From assembly GCA_046052125.1 (NCBI GenBank), contig JBJOMY010000002.1, forward strand, positions 32,001-96,000: a stretch of 64,000 nucleotides of DNA, read 5' to 3'. The notes beneath the pieces were generated by a model. That model was not told where the DNA came from and ran no database searches. It was given only the letters and a program-made list of their open reading frames with translations. The stretch comes from Cyanobacteriota bacterium. Lineage in GTDB: Bacteria; Cyanobacteriota; Cyanobacteriia; PCC-6307; Cyanobiaceae. Both the position numbers and the translations under genes were made by a program. Below are positions 19,470 to 30,470 of the stretch, one piece after another (positions within the stretch are counted from its first letter, which is position 1; each line of letters starts with the position of its first letter).

Positions 19470-21628
19470 AAACCTGATGACGGAGACGACACAAACTGCC
19501 GCGCGTCTTGCGTGGTGGCCTGATAGCCATATCCGTACACACCCCCATCCACATCATCGACAATCCTCGGCGTCACGAGGATGACAAGCTCATTTTTCGA
19601 GCGTGTATTTGAAGACGATCTGAAGAACTGACCCACGAAAGGCAGATCGCCAAGAATTGGCCATTTCGTAACGGCTTGCCTGTCTTCGTCGGAAATCACA
19701 CCAGTAAGGATGAGGGTCTGCCCATCTCGCACGCGCACAGAGCCCGTATCCAACCTACGCACACGCAAGATACTGACATTGCCACATCCTTCAATTTGCT
19801 GAGGAGTGTCCGCAACAGCAGACACTGCGGGCGATAGCGAAAACGTCACAAATCCATTGTCATCAATCTTGGACACCTTGGCACCAAAGGTCAGACCAGC
19901 AGTGCCAAATTCAGGCTGACAGGTATTAGGGGCCCCGTTTTGACCAGCTTGAACCGTGTAGTCCGTAATTACCTGAGTCCCAACAGTCACAAATGATTCA
20001 TTGGCAAACGGCCTCCCGATACTTGCCGTGTTTAAGACAGCATTACCACCGCCGTCGGACGCCGCCGCAACAGCGGCGCCGCCCTGAATGGGCTCGGCAT
20101 TTTCACTCAGAATCAACGTCGGACTCGCAAGAACTTTTGTATTTTCCGACTGAATCTGAGCCCTAACTAGATCATAGAAGTTGTTCCGTGCATAAGCCTC
20201 ACCAGGATTCGCAGGGCCAGGAACGAATGGCTGATCAGAAACAGGGGGCAGACGATCATTGAAGGCGCCGACCAATCGCCCTTCCTGACTCACGATAAAG
20301 TTGTTACCATACCGAAAAGCGAAGCTATTTTTAATATCAGTATCGTTCTTCAATGTCACGTCAAGGATTCTTACCGATAGAGCAACCTGCCGCTGGCGCA
20401 GGTCGATCTGGCGCAAGTAGTTTTCGGCGACATGCACTAGCTGGGCATCGCCAACCAGAGTGATCGTCTGCAGTCTCGAGTCCGTCGTGCCAATCAAACC
20501 AAGGAGCGGTCCAGCCGCAGAGCCATAGGTTTCAGTGGAGGTGATTTTTTCTTCCCTCGTCTGCTGAGTCTGCTGAGCACCAGCCACCTGATTAGCCAAA
20601 GACTGACCAGAGCTCACCACATTGGTGATGGAAGTTACTTTCGTAATCCGAGCACCAAGACTGGCGAGATAATTGGCAGCCGAATCAGCCGACACTTGAT
20701 TCAGTCGATAGACCTTAGAGAGCTGAGCCCCGAAAGTCTTACCCAAAACAGAGGGGCCCACCATCAACATTCTCCCCTCAAGCTTTCCCTGCAAACCAGC
20801 AGCCAAGAGCACAGAATTAATAGCCCTTGAATAGGATTCACCACGAAATGCCAGGGAAACTGTGGGCTCCTGCCTAGGCGATGGATTGGAAGAGGGAGCA
20901 GACGATGGAAGCTGCGCAGCATCGTCTGCTACATAAACAAAGCCATATCCCCCCAACTGCGCCAATGCCATTAATGCATCCTTTGGGGGTGCATTACGAA
21001 GGGTCATCGTTACAGGAGGGCCATCCAAGCGAAGAAAGCTTCGATTGGATAACACCATGGTTCCAACGGCCATATCACCCAGCGGAGGCGCCACTGCACG
21101 AGGCTGGAAGGGCGGCGCATAAGCGGACTGTGGAACACTGCCAGGCTGGCGAACATTGAGCAAAGCAGCCCTAGAACTTGACGGTGCTGAAGCCTGAAAA
21201 CTGATAATCAGATTGCGACCATCCGCACTCACCACAGGACGACCAAGCGCAGCACCTGGCATGGGTACAACTTGCAATTGATAGTCACGACCAGCCCCAT
21301 CCAGATTCACCGCCTGCAAGCCGGCTTCAGGCAACGTGAGGCGCTGAGGGCCTAGCCGTAAGCCACCAGGAGTTCCAATCCGAAGATCCCCCTGCCAGGC
21401 CTGTCCATCACGGCTCTGTTGCAGTACCGGGCCGGCACCGGTGCCCTCAATCACGAGTTCAACACCTTCGGAGGAGCGTCTCAAGGTGAGCGCTACAGCT
21501 CCAGCCGGATTCGCAGAAGAACTGGCTGTGGGTGCTGGTATGGCAGCTTGGCGGGGAGCCGCGCTCAAGGGCGCCAGCGATGCGCCTGCGGCCAGCAAGG
21601 CCAGAACCAGGCCACAACGCAGCTTCAC
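19466..21628 (-). CDS. pilQ: Type IV pilus secretin (PilQ/GspD family)
   Basis: KVLASPTL, VRDGQTLILTGVI, KWPILGDLPFVGQFF, ELVILVTPRI. Confidence 0.92.
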   Translation of the reverse strand: MKLRCGLVLALLAAGASLAPLSAAPRQAAIPAPTASSSANPAGAVALTLRRSSEGVELVIEGTGAGPVLQQSRDGQAWQGDLRIGTPGGLRLGPQRLTLPEAGLQAVNLDGAGRDYQLQVVPMPGAALGRPVVSADGRNLIISFQASAPSSSRAALLNVRQPGSVPQSAYAPPFQPRAVAPPLGDMAVGTMVLSNRSFLRLDGPPVTMTLRNAPPKDALMALAQLGGYGFVYVADDAAQLPSSAPSSNPSPRQEPTVSLAFRGESYSRAINSVLLAAGLQGKLEGRMLMVGPSVLGKTFGAQLSKVYRLNQVSADSAANYLASLGARITKVTSITNVVSSGQSLANQVAGAQQTQQTREEKITSTETYGSAAGPLLGLIGTTDSRLQTITLVGDAQLVHVAENYLRQIDLRQRQVALSVRILDVTLKNDTDIKNSFAFRYGNNFIVSQEGRLVGAFNDRLPPVSDQPFVPGPANPGEAYARNNFYDLVRAQIQSENTKVLASPTLILSENAEPIQGGAAVAAASDGGGNAVLNTASIGRPFANESFVTVGTQVITDYTVQAGQNGAPNTCQPEFGTAGLTFGAKVSKIDDNGFVTFSLSPAVSAVADTPQQIEGCGNVSILRVRRLDTGSVRVRDGQTLILTGVISDEDRQAVTKWPILGDLPFVGQFFRSSSNTRSKNELVILVTPRIVDDVDGGVYGYGYQATTQDARQFVSSPSSGF

Positions 21629-21687
21629 CCTTGATCTCGCGCGGTTTTGGGCGGATCGTATCGGTGAACACCAGGCGCGGCCAGGCT

Positions 21688-22374
21688 TTACGGGGTTTTG
21701 CGTGGCGGCTCCGCTTCGCTGTAGACGCTGAGAGTCAGGCGCAGGTTGGTGGTGTTAGGGGCTGCTTCGCCAGGCTTTCCAGCCTCCTTGAGCTCATGTT
21801 TAAGGCTGAGATCGCTCTGCACCACCAACAGGCTCAGCTGCTCGAGTCGACGCAGGAGGTCCAGCAATTGCGGCCCCTTCCCCCTGGCCGTCAGCAATAG
21901 CGAGGTTTTCTGCAGGCCTGGGGCCAGCAGAGGATCGGGGGGTGGAGGCGGCGGCTCGCCCTTGGCGGGTTTGGGTTTCGCGGATGCGGCCCCAGCCTCA
22001 GATGCGGACGTGGTGATCGGCTCGTAGCCATCGAGCACAACGCCGCTGCGCTGGGCTTCTGCGCTCAGCTGAGCCATGAACGTGTTGATCTCACCACTGC
22101 CAGCAATCAGACCCAGGATCTGGCGGCTGCGCCGCTCGGCCTCCTGCACGTTGTCGCCGAGCTTGAGCAATTGGGCCCGCAACAGCGGTAGGCGCTGGCG
22201 CTGCTCCTCCAGTTGCTCCAACTCCTGTTGCGCAAGCTGGAGCTGCTGCCAGCTGGGCCAGAGCGCTGCCGCCACCACACCCAAGCTCAACAGGGCGCCG
22301 GCTGCCACAGGCAACCCGAGCAGGAGCCACTCCCGCTTGGTGGGGGAAGAAGGTTTCCCCTGCAGGTTGGTCAT
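21688..22374 (-). CDS. pilO: PilO-like pilus assembly protein
   Basis: TM helix plus coiled coil; lies between the pilN-like gene and the secretin. Confidence 0.7.
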   Translation of the reverse strand: MTNLQGKPSSPTKREWLLLGLPVAAGALLSLGVVAAALWPSWQQLQLAQQELEQLEEQRQRLPLLRAQLLKLGDNVQEAERRSRQILGLIAGSGEINTFMAQLSAEAQRSGVVLDGYEPITTSASEAGAASAKPKPAKGEPPPPPPDPLLAPGLQKTSLLLTARGKGPQLLDLLRRLEQLSLLVVQSDLSLKHELKEAGKPGEAAPNTTNLRLTLSVYSEAEPPRKTP

Positions 22375-23066
22375 GGCAGCACCCCCGCCCGCTCAAGGAT
22401 CTGCAGGCGCCGAGCCAGACCCTCAGCGCCAAGCTTCTGCAGCAGCCTCACCTGTTGATTGGGGGGCAGGGTGGCGAATGATGCAGTGAGATCCCATTCC
22501 ACCGGCGCCCCGGTCTTCGCGGGATCACGACTGAGCTTCACCACCTTCACGCCCTTGGCTTCAAACAGGGGGGATTCAGCCAACAGCAGGGTCAGGGCAT
22601 TCACCCGCCGAAACGCCTGTGGATCAGCGGCCACACCCTTGAGCTTGAGGCTGCCGCCCTGCACCTGCGCGTCGATGAGCTGAACGCCTTGCGGGGTGAT
22701 CGCTGCCAGTTGGGCGACCAGCGCCGAGCCTGAAGACACGGCCACCAACCCTTTCGCCAAACCCTCATTGCTGCGCTGGATGGTGCTGAGCTTGCGGCGC
22801 TGGACCAGCGCCCTGGCCTCGAGGGTCTGCACCTGAACCGGAATCCCCCGCAGCCCCTGCAACTGCAGCTCGAGCTGAGCCTGCCTCCATCGCAACCCAA
22901 CCCAGATCAGCAGCACCGCCACCACCAACCCACCACTGATCGACGCACCGCGCAGCAACAGCCCCCGCGCCGGAACCAATGGCTCCGCCGCCGCTGCTAA
23001 TCCGCGCTCCAGCCGCCGCTGCGGCAGCAGATCTCCATCGCTCTCCAGCCAGCTGGGGGTGCTCAT
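22371..23066 (-). CDS. pilN: PilN-domain protein
   Basis: TM helix, coiled coil, LAAITPQGVQL...LKGVA...ESPLF. Confidence 0.75.
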   Translation of the reverse strand: MSTPSWLESDGDLLPQRRLERGLAAAAEPLVPARGLLLRGASISGGLVVAVLLIWVGLRWRQAQLELQLQGLRGIPVQVQTLEARALVQRRKLSTIQRSNEGLAKGLVAVSSGSALVAQLAAITPQGVQLIDAQVQGGSLKLKGVAADPQAFRRVNALTLLLAESPLFEAKGVKVVKLSRDPAKTGAPVEWDLTASFATLPPNQQVRLLQKLGAEGLARRLQILERAGVLP

Positions 23067-23908
23067 CGCCTCAGCTCTGCCTCCGCCAGTCCCCATAGGG
23101 CTGGCACACCCTCAACCCGGGCTGTCCCGCTAGCGGGACAGCCCAGCGCCTCGGCACTGGCGGGATCACCACCGAGCACGATCGCGGCAGTGGGGCTGTA
23201 GCGCCGCCGCCATCGAGCCAAGGCCAGGCTCAGCTCCTCGGGATCACTGGTCGCTGGCATCAACCACTCGCCGAGCGGCTGCCCCTGATCCAGAGCCAGC
23301 AACCAACTTTGATCCGGCTCCAACTGCAGCAACACCTGCACACCCTCGCCAGCCTGAATCTGTGAACTCACCGCGCGCCAGAGGCAGATCGGCAGGGCCT
23401 CCACAGCGTCGAGCGCCACGCTGGCCTGGTTGCACACTTCAATCCAGGCTTCCAGCACACTCCGCTGCACTGCCACCACTAAGGATCGCGGCTGGTCGCC
23501 CGGTAGAGGTTCCAACAACAGATCCGCGTCCTGCAGCGACCAGGGCAACTCCAGCTCCAGTTGTTGCTGCCGCACCACCAGCTCGGGATGCTCCGGCCAG
23601 GAGGCATCAGGCCACTCGATCACGCGCCAGGCGGTGGCGGTTCGCGGCAGCACGGCTTTCACTCGGGCGCTGGCGTAGCCACGCTCCACCAATAGATCTC
23701 CGAGCAGATCTCCTAAGGCCTCAACCGCCTTGGGCTCACCATTCACACAAAGCCCTTCCGGCAGCGGTACCCGCTCCAGCCAAGCCACGCGCTCCCCATC
23801 GAGAACCATCGCCGTGAATGCCTGATCCTCGAGCTGCAGATACACGCGCCGAGGGAAGAGCCAACTCTTGAGCGGTGCCAGCTGATCCTGAAGCCCGGAG
23901 AGCACCAC
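23063..23908 (-). CDS. pilM: Divergent PilM-like protein
   Basis: First gene of the overlapping pil operon; PLPEGLCVNGEP...ALGDLLGDLL. Confidence 0.6.
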   Translation of the reverse strand: MVLSGLQDQLAPLKSWLFPRRVYLQLEDQAFTAMVLDGERVAWLERVPLPEGLCVNGEPKAVEALGDLLGDLLVERGYASARVKAVLPRTATAWRVIEWPDASWPEHPELVVRQQQLELELPWSLQDADLLLEPLPGDQPRSLVVAVQRSVLEAWIEVCNQASVALDAVEALPICLWRAVSSQIQAGEGVQVLLQLEPDQSWLLALDQGQPLGEWLMPATSDPEELSLALARWRRRYSPTAAIVLGGDPASAEALGCPASGTARVEGVPALWGLAEAELRR

Positions 23909-23936
23909 CGCAGCTCAGCCGCCCACTGCCCGCAAA

Positions 23937-25097
23937 CTATCGCCAGCCCGCGCCGCTGCCCACCGCTTCACCGATGTTCCGGAAGCCGTGGCGATCGAGC
24001 TGCTGGCAGATCCCCTCAACGATCGCCGGCACCAGCTGCGGGCCCTCGTAGATCCAACCGGTGTAGAGCTGAATCAGCGAGGCCCCGGCACTGATCCTCT
24101 CCCAGGCCGACTCGGGCGAGTCAATCCCACCCACGCCGATTAACGGCAGGCCAGGCCCAGCCACCGCCCGCAGCCGGCGCAGCACCTCCAGAGCACGGCC
24201 GCGCAGCGGCGCACCGCTGAGGCCACCGGCTTCCTCCGCCAGGGTGCGGCCGGTTTGGGCGATGCGCCGCTGCTCAAAGCCGAGCCGGTTCAGGCTCGTG
24301 TTCACGGCGATCACGCCGGCCAGGCCCTCCTCGTAGGCCAGGCGGGCAATGGCATCGATCGCTTCATCCTCGAGATCAGGGGCGATCTTCACCAGCAACG
24401 GCGGGCAGGCCGGCAGCCGCCGCAGCCGCTCCACCAGGCGGCGCAGCTGGGCATCGTCCTGCAGCTCCCGAAGCCCCGGAGTGTTGGGGGAGCTCACATT
24501 GATCACGGCGTAATCCGCCAGGGGAGCGAGCAGCTCCAGGGAGGAGGCGTAATCGTCGGGCGCCTGCTCCAGCGGCGTGATCTTCGACTTGCCGAGGTTG
24601 ATCCCAAGCACCGCCGGCCGCTGGCCCGCCGGTGGCAGCGCCTGGCGCTCAAGGGTGCGGCGAGCAGCTTGAGCGCCGTTGTTGTTGAAGCCCATGCGGT
24701 TGAGCGCCGCCCGCTCGGCCGCCAGCCGGAATAGGCGTGGCTTGGGATTGCCGGGCTGGGCGTGCCAGGTGACGGTGCCCACCTCCGCAAAGCCGAAGCC
24801 AAACAAGTGCCAGATGCCGGCGGCCACGGCGTTCTTATCGAAACCGGCCGCCAGGCCCACGGGGTTGCGGAAGCGGCAACCGAACAGGGTTTGCTCGAGG
24901 CGCAGGTCGCGCACCTCCAGCTCAGCGCCAAGCCCCGCCAGGCTGCCGTTCACCAGCGGCCAGTTGCGCCGAAGCGAGGCCTGACCCAGGGCCTGCAGGG
25001 TGAGCTGGCTGAGCTGCTCGGCGTCGGCCCCCTCGTCCCGGCTCAGCAGCGGGCCGACGAAGCGTTGATACAGAGCCCCGGTGCCGGTCTCAGCCAT
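23937..25097 (-). CDS. pyrD: Quinone-dependent dihydroorotate dehydrogenase
   Basis: [43 protein letters not shown]. Confidence 0.96.
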   Translation of the reverse strand: MAETGTGALYQRFVGPLLSRDEGADAEQLSQLTLQALGQASLRRNWPLVNGSLAGLGAELEVRDLRLEQTLFGCRFRNPVGLAAGFDKNAVAAGIWHLFGFGFAEVGTVTWHAQPGNPKPRLFRLAAERAALNRMGFNNNGAQAARRTLERQALPPAGQRPAVLGINLGKSKITPLEQAPDDYASSLELLAPLADYAVINVSSPNTPGLRELQDDAQLRRLVERLRRLPACPPLLVKIAPDLEDEAIDAIARLAYEEGLAGVIAVNTSLNRLGFEQRRIAQTGRTLAEEAGGLSGAPLRGRALEVLRRLRAVAGPGLPLIGVGGIDSPESAWERISAGASLIQLYTGWIYEGPQLVPAIVEGICQQLDRHGFRNIGEAVGSGAGWR

Positions 25098-25860
25098 CCA
25101 GATTCCGCTCGGCCTCTACCGATCCTGACGCTTCCCTGGCCAAACGCCAGCGTCCATCCGCCTGGGGCAGCACCTGCCAATCCCGCCAACGCCAGGGTTC
25201 GCTGCGGGCTTCCAGGCTCTTGAGGGGCTTTTCCACCAGTTGCGCCAGTTCCGCAAGGCTGAGGCCATAGGCCCCTTCCGCCAGGCGATCGGCCAGCTCC
25301 AGGCGGGTGAGCAGCTGCTGCAGCGCCGGTGGCGCCAGATCCGGCTTGGCCGCGGGGGCGGTCTCACTCACCATTAAGCCGCCGTAGTCGCCATGGGCCA
25401 ACTGGGGCTTCTGCCCCTTGGAGTAGGCCACGGCGATGGCATCGCAGCGATCGTTATCGGGATCACCGCTGTGGCCCTTCACATAGGTGAACGGCAGGCC
25501 TGACACGCGCGCGGCATCGAGGGCTTCCCAGAGATCACGGTTGAGCACCGGGCTGCCGGAAGCCGTGCGCCAGCCCTTGCGCTTCCAACCGTTGATCCAC
25601 TTGCTGAAGCCGTCGATCAGATATTTGGAATCGGTACGGATCGTGAGGTTGGGGTCACGCGGGAGCACCGCCAGCTTCTCGAGCAGCGTCAGCGCCGCCG
25701 TGAGCTCCATGCGGTTGTTGGTGGTGTTGGGCTCGAAGCCGCCGAACTCCTGCACCGAGCCATCGCTGAAACGCAGCAGGCAGCCCCAGCCGCCGGGGCC
25801 TGGGTTGCCGCTACACGCGCCATCACAGGCAGCCGCTACCACCACTGGCTGATCAGGCAC
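25090..25860 (-). CDS. rnhA: Ribonuclease HI with C-terminal extension
   Basis: [41 protein letters not shown] start at 25860 assumed. Confidence 0.93.
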   Translation of the reverse strand: MPDQPVVVAAACDGACSGNPGPGGWGCLLRFSDGSVQEFGGFEPNTTNNRMELTAALTLLEKLAVLPRDPNLTIRTDSKYLIDGFSKWINGWKRKGWRTASGSPVLNRDLWEALDAARVSGLPFTYVKGHSGDPDNDRCDAIAVAYSKGQKPQLAHGDYGGLMVSETAPAAKPDLAPPALQQLLTRLELADRLAEGAYGLSLAELAQLVEKPLKSLEARSEPWRWRDWQVLPQADGRWRLAREASGSVEAERNLDG

Positions 25861-25922
25861 TGGGCTTGCTCCTCCGGCTCCGGTACAACTCTCTCCTGAT
25901 GTGATGTGCAGGCGAGAGATCC

Positions 25923-26606
25923 ATGCAGCGAACCTACCTGCCACTGCTGGGGCTCGCCGCGAGCGCGGCCGCACCGGCCATCGCCGCCAGCGTGTTCAAC
26001 AGCCAACCCCTCGATCAGGCGCGCTTCGCGGTGCTGGCCCAGCCGCTCGGCAAGAGCGATTGGAAACTGCTCGTGCTCGAGCAGATCAAGCCGGAGCCCC
26101 GCTGCTGGGAGAGCCGCAGCGACGGCCTGATCGATCCGGCGCTCAACCGCTTCGACTTCACCGGGATCTGCAGCCGCTACATCGACAGCAACGGCTACTC
26201 GCTGCGGGTGGGCGATGAGGACCTGGCGAACCGCTATCGCCTGCGGCTGGAGCAGAACGGCCAGAGCGTGGTGCTCCTGGCCATGAACCCCAACGAGCCG
26301 GCGGAACTGGTGGTGGGCCGAGGGTCGATGCCCCAGCGCGACCGCGAAGCGTTTGTGGCGATCCAGCTGGAGCCGGGCTGGCGCCTGGAGCGGCGCGCCT
26401 ACGGCAGCCAGACCCTCAGCCACGTGTATTTCGCCAATGGCACCCCGCTGAGCCAGCTGGTGGCGCGGGCAAACCGCACACCGGCCACCAAAGCGCCGGT
26501 GACGGCGATCGCGCCCCCGCCCACCGGAAGCATCCGCCCGCTTCCCCCCCAGCCAAGCGGCGGCGGCGGGGCCATTGCGCTTCAGGTGATCCCCTTCAAG
26601 CCGTAG
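25923..26606 (+). CDS. DUF3747-like secreted cyanobacterial protein
   Basis: [44 protein letters not shown]. Confidence 0.8.
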   Translation: MQRTYLPLLGLAASAAAPAIAASVFNSQPLDQARFAVLAQPLGKSDWKLLVLEQIKPEPRCWESRSDGLIDPALNRFDFTGICSRYIDSNGYSLRVGDEDLANRYRLRLEQNGQSVVLLAMNPNEPAELVVGRGSMPQRDREAFVAIQLEPGWRLERRAYGSQTLSHVYFANGTPLSQLVARANRTPATKAPVTAIAPPPTGSIRPLPPQPSGGGGAIALQVIPFKP

Positions 26607-26668
26607 GCCAGCTGATCCAGTGGCCCAATCCCCCTTGGAGCTTTTTCCTCCTGCTGTATGTTTCTCTT

Positions 26669-26765
26669 GTGTGAGGAGTGCGGAACACCACTTCCGGGGT
26701 CGAAACGAGGACAGACTCCCAGAAGCGTTCCGAACTCAAAGCCCTGCCTTCGGCGGGGCTTTTTT
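26669..26765 (+). ncRNA. Yfr2-family small RNA (putative)
   Basis: 5' GTGTGAGGAG, long stem (GAGTGCGGAAC/GTTCCGAACTC) with loop GAAACGAGGACA, terminator GCCCTGCC-TTC-GGCGGGGC plus T tract; -10-like TATGTT at 26657-26662. Confidence 0.7.
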
Positions 26766-26785
26766 GTTGGCTGCCGATCACGCAC

Positions 26786-26814
26786 AAAAAAACCGGCCCC
26801 CGCAGGAGCCGGCT
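26786..26814 (-). terminator. Rho-independent terminator of rplJL
   Basis: CCGGC...GCCGG hairpin next to an A tract on + (T tract on -), downstream of rplL. Confidence 0.7.
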
Positions 26815-26860
26815 GAATAGAAGCGTGATGGCAGGCCGCCGGGGCGGCCCACCGCAGCGA

Positions 26861-27247
26861 TCACTTGATGGTGACCTTGCCGCCGGCCTCTTCAACGGCC
26901 TTCTTGAGGGTCTCGGCGTCAGCCTTGGACACGCCTTCCTTGATGGCACAAGGAGCGCCTTCCACGAGAGCCTTGGCTTCGCCCAGGCCCAGACCGGTAG
27001 CTTCGCGCACGGCCTTGAGCACCTTGATCTTGGCAGCGGCGTCGAAGCTGTCGAGCATGACGTCGAACTCGGTCTTCTCTTCAGCAGCCTCAGCAGCACC
27101 GCCAGCGGCGGGAGCGGCCATCACAACGCCAGCGGAAGCGGCGGCGGACACACCGAAAGCCTCTTCGATCTGCTTGACGAGCTCGGAAGCTTCAAGCAGG
27201 GAGAGCGACTTCAGTTGCTCGAGAATTTGGTCGGTAGTAGCAGACAT
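26861..27247 (-). CDS. rplL: 50S ribosomal protein L7/L12
   Basis: [39 protein letters not shown]. Confidence 0.98.
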   Translation of the reverse strand: MSATTDQILEQLKSLSLLEASELVKQIEEAFGVSAAASAGVVMAAPAAGGAAEAAEEKTEFDVMLDSFDAAAKIKVLKAVREATGLGLGEAKALVEGAPCAIKEGVSKADAETLKKAVEEAGGKVTIK

Positions 27248-27309
27248 GGTTGGGAATCAGCAACAGATCTGTATGAACAGTCGGAGCGGAGAGCTCAGCA
27301 GAGCAGGCC

Positions 27310-27843
27310 TCAGTTGGCCGTGCCCTCGCCGTCGGCGTGCTGCTTGAGCGCCCGGGCAAGACCGGAGGGAACTTCGTTGATGCCCACAGCCACCTTGGTG
27401 GCCACGGCATTGATCGCACCGGCGATCTGTGCCATGAGCACCTCCTTGGAGGGCAGATCCCCGATCGCCTTGATTTCGGACTTGGAGAGGAGCTTGCCTT
27501 CGAAAAGGCCGCCCTTCGTTTCCGATTTCTTGGTGTCCTTCTGGAAGGACTGAACGGCTTTCACCGCACCACCCACGTCGCCCTTAACGAGCACGAAGGC
27601 GTTGGTGCCGGTGAGCAGGGAATCGAGTTCCGACCAAGCGCTGTTGCCATCAATGGCACGGCGCATCAAGGTGTTTTTGGTCACCTTGCACACACCGTTG
27701 CTGGCCTGCAGACGGGTCCGCAGATCAGACATCTCCTTGATGGACAGGCCCTTGTAATCAAGAACCAGCGCCATTTCGGCCTCACCGAGGAGCTGCTTGA
27801 GCTCTTCGACGATCTGTTGCTTGTTCTCCAGCGTGCGGCCCAT
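27310..27843 (-). CDS. rplJ: 50S ribosomal protein L10
   Basis: [31 protein letters not shown]. Confidence 0.97.
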   Translation of the reverse strand: MGRTLENKQQIVEELKQLLGEAEMALVLDYKGLSIKEMSDLRTRLQASNGVCKVTKNTLMRRAIDGNSAWSELDSLLTGTNAFVLVKGDVGGAVKAVQSFQKDTKKSETKGGLFEGKLLSKSEIKAIGDLPSKEVLMAQIAGAINAVATKVAVGINEVPSGLARALKQHADGEGTAN

Positions 27844-27959
27844 GGGAAACGGAACGGATCGGGGGAACAAGCCGGGTACGCAGCCCCAGTGCGAATGCAC
27901 TCGAGGGGCTGCGGCTTGTCATCCCCCCAACGGCGAACCGCCAGGGCAAAAACCAGTCG

Positions 27960-28045
27960 CGTGCACCTCGGCAGGGTTTGCAACTCGCGGCACGGGATCA
28001 CCGAAGCGATCGCCAGCCTTGAACAGACCTGCTGTCTTGGGTAGG
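27960..28045 (-). promoter_or_regulatory. L10 leader autoregulatory RNA element
   Basis: Minus strand reads AAGACAGCAGG...CCTGCCGAGGT upstream of rplJ, the typical L10-leader pattern. Confidence 0.65.
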
Positions 28046-28149
28046 GCGCGTGCCCTTCTGGCCTAAGCCAGCTTGCAACCTTACAACAAGGCCCCCGCCA
28101 AGGCAGGGGCTGAGAGCCGGGAACGGAGCCCCGGCCGGAAGCACCTGGA

Positions 28150-28857
28150 TCAGGCTTCCTGCTTGATGTCCTGCAGGGCAGACACATCCACTTCCACCGA
28201 GGGGCCCATGGTGGAGGTGATGTAGAGGCTCTTCCAGTAGCGACCCTTCGCACCGCTGGGCTTGTTGCGGTCGATGGTCTCCTGCAGGGCCTTGAGGTTG
28301 TCGAGCAGCTTGGCGGCGTCGAAGCTGGCCTTACCGAAACGCACGTGCACGATGCCGGTGCGGTCGGCGCGGAATTCCAGTTTGCCGGCCTTGAACTCAC
28401 TGATGGCGCCAGCCAGATCAGTGGTGACGGTGCCAGCCTTGGGGTTCGGCATCAGACCACGGGGACCGAGCACGCGACCGAGCTTGGCCACCTTGGGCAT
28501 CATGTCGGGGGTGGCGATCAGGAGGTCGAACTCCATTTCGCCCTTGGCGATGGTCTCCACCAGATCGTCGTCACCAGCCAGATCAGCGCCGGCGGCCTTG
28601 GCTTCGGCCACCTTCTCGCCACGGGCGATCACGGCGATGCGGATGCTCTGGCCGGTGCCGTGGGGCAGCGCCACGGTGGTGCGCAGCTGCTGGTCGGTGT
28701 ACTTGGGGTCGATGCCGAGGCGGGCGTGGGCTTCGACGGTCTCGTCGAACTTGGCCGTGGCGTTGGCCTTCACCAGTTCCACCGCCTCGAGCGGGGAGTA
28801 GGTGCGGGTCTCAACCTTGCCGAAGGCGGCGGAATAACGCTTGGAAACTTTGGGCAT
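28150..28857 (-). CDS. rplA: 50S ribosomal protein L1
   Basis: [33 protein letters not shown]. Confidence 0.98.
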   Translation of the reverse strand: MPKVSKRYSAAFGKVETRTYSPLEAVELVKANATAKFDETVEAHARLGIDPKYTDQQLRTTVALPHGTGQSIRIAVIARGEKVAEAKAAGADLAGDDDLVETIAKGEMEFDLLIATPDMMPKVAKLGRVLGPRGLMPNPKAGTVTTDLAGAISEFKAGKLEFRADRTGIVHVRFGKASFDAAKLLDNLKALQETIDRNKPSGAKGRYWKSLYITSTMGPSVEVDVSALQDIKQEA

Positions 28858-28954
28858 GTCGGGCGTGGGGTGCAGGCGAGCGTTGAAGCTCTCCCCCGGT
28901 AAAGAACAGAGATGGACAGGAGATCAGTGCATGGGCCTAAGCCCGCGGCTGGCC

Positions 28955-29380
28955 TCAGTCGTTCACGGCGACGCCCATGTTGCGGGCGGTGCCTTCGATG
29001 ATGCGCATGGCCGAATCAACGCTGGTGCAGTTGAGGTCGGGCAGCTTGGTCTTGGCGATCTCTTCGAGTTGCGCGCGGCTAATCGCACCCACGGAACCCT
29101 TGGAGGAGGTGGCAGCACCCTTCTCGATGCCGGCTGCTTTGGAGATCAGCACGGAAGCGGGAGGGGTCTTGGTGATGAAGGTGAAACTGCGGTCTTCAAA
29201 AACCGAGATTTCAACCGGGATCACATAGCCAGCCTTGTCCTGCGTCCGAGCGTTGTACTCCTTGCAGAACGCCATGATGTTGACGCCGTGCTGACCGAGG
29301 GCAGGGCCCACCGGCGGCGCGGGGTTGGCTTTGCCGGCCTGGAGGGCCAGCTTGATCACAGCTACAACTTTTTTTGCCAT
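28955..29380 (-). CDS. rplK: 50S ribosomal protein L11
   Basis: [28 protein letters not shown]. Confidence 0.98.
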   Translation of the reverse strand: MAKKVVAVIKLALQAGKANPAPPVGPALGQHGVNIMAFCKEYNARTQDKAGYVIPVEISVFEDRSFTFITKTPPASVLISKAAGIEKGAATSSKGSVGAISRAQLEEIAKTKLPDLNCTSVDSAMRIIEGTARNMGVAVND

Positions 29381-29498
29381 CGTCCTGGCGGCTTGAGCAA
29401 TCTGCGGATTCGCGACCCTAGGGCAGCGTGTGCGGCAGGTCCCGGAGACCGGAACACCACCTGTGGCCGCCCTCCGCAGGGAGACGGCCGCACCGAAA

Positions 29499-30170
29499 TC
29501 AGCTCTGCTTGCTGATCTGCGAGAACTCGAGTTCCACCGGGGTCTCCCGGCCGAAGATCGAGAGCAGGGCCTTGAGCTTGTTGCGCTCGCCCGACACCTC
29601 GATCACCTCGCCCTGGAAGTCCTTGAACGGACCGGCGGTCACCAGGATCTGATCGCCCTCGGTGAGGTCGACCTTCACCACAGGCTTCTTCTCGGCAGCG
29701 CGCTTGAAGATGCGATCCACCTCAGAGCGGCTGAGGGGACGGGGCTTGATGTGGCCACGGGCCTTGCCGGTGGCGCGGCGATCCTCAGCGCCCACGAAGT
29801 TGATCACGTTCGGGGTGCTGCGCACCGCCATCATCGTGTCCTCATCCAGCACCATCCGCACGAGCACGTAGCCGGGGAACACCTTCTCTTCGGTGCTGGT
29901 GCGGCTGCCGTCCTTCTTGAGCTTCACCGCCGGGGTCTGGGGGATCTCGATCTCGAGGATGCGGTTGTCCACGCCCAGGGTCACGGCGCGCTGCTCGAGC
30001 GTGGCCTTCACCTTCTTCTCGCAGCTGGAAGCCACCTGCACGGCATACCAGCGGGCGATCGGTGCACGACCCTCCAGCGCTGGTGCCGCAGGAGCTTCGG
30101 CCGTTTCAGCCAGCTCGGCAACAGCAAGATCTTCAGTGCTCAGATCAACGTCGGACACGGGCAATGGCAA
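29499..30170 (-). CDS. nusG: Transcription elongation factor NusG
   Basis: [29 protein letters not shown]; start uncertain by a few codons. Confidence 0.96.
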   Translation of the reverse strand: MPLPVSDVDLSTEDLAVAELAETAEAPAAPALEGRAPIARWYAVQVASSCEKKVKATLEQRAVTLGVDNRILEIEIPQTPAVKLKKDGSRTSTEEKVFPGYVLVRMVLDEDTMMAVRSTPNVINFVGAEDRRATGKARGHIKPRPLSRSEVDRIFKRAAEKKPVVKVDLTEGDQILVTAGPFKDFQGEVIEVSGERNKLKALLSIFGRETPVELEFSQISKQS

Positions 30171-30185
30171 GGGGGGAGAGATAAA

Positions 30186-30398
30186 TCAGCGGAACACCTG
30201 GGCATTGGCCCAGCTGTAGAGACGATCGACGGCGGCGATGGCGAAGGCCGAGAGGGTCACCATCAGAATCACAGCCACGGACTCAGCGAACAGCTGCTGG
30301 CGGCTGGGCCACACCACCTTGCGGAGCTCGGCGACGGTGTTGCCCACGAAGCCTTCAGAGGCCGGCGGATTGGGTTGTGGCTCAGTCGGGGTTTCCAC
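30186..30398 (-). CDS. secE: Preprotein translocase SecE
   Basis: ELRKVVWPSR plus TM helix, directly upstream of nusG. Confidence 0.92.
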   Translation of the reverse strand: METPTEPQPNPPASEGFVGNTVAELRKVVWPSRQQLFAESVAVILMVTLSAFAIAAVDRLYSWANAQVFR

Positions 30399-30470
30399 CG
30401 GAGTGTCCAGAAGGGGTTCGCACAGCGAATGTGCGCGCTGTTGCGCAAACAGCCACCCTACCGGATGTGA

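Noticed and set aside
26690..26720. GAAAC-containing hairpin considered as a hammerhead ribozyme
   Set aside because: No CUGANGA core; better explained as a Yfr2-like loop.
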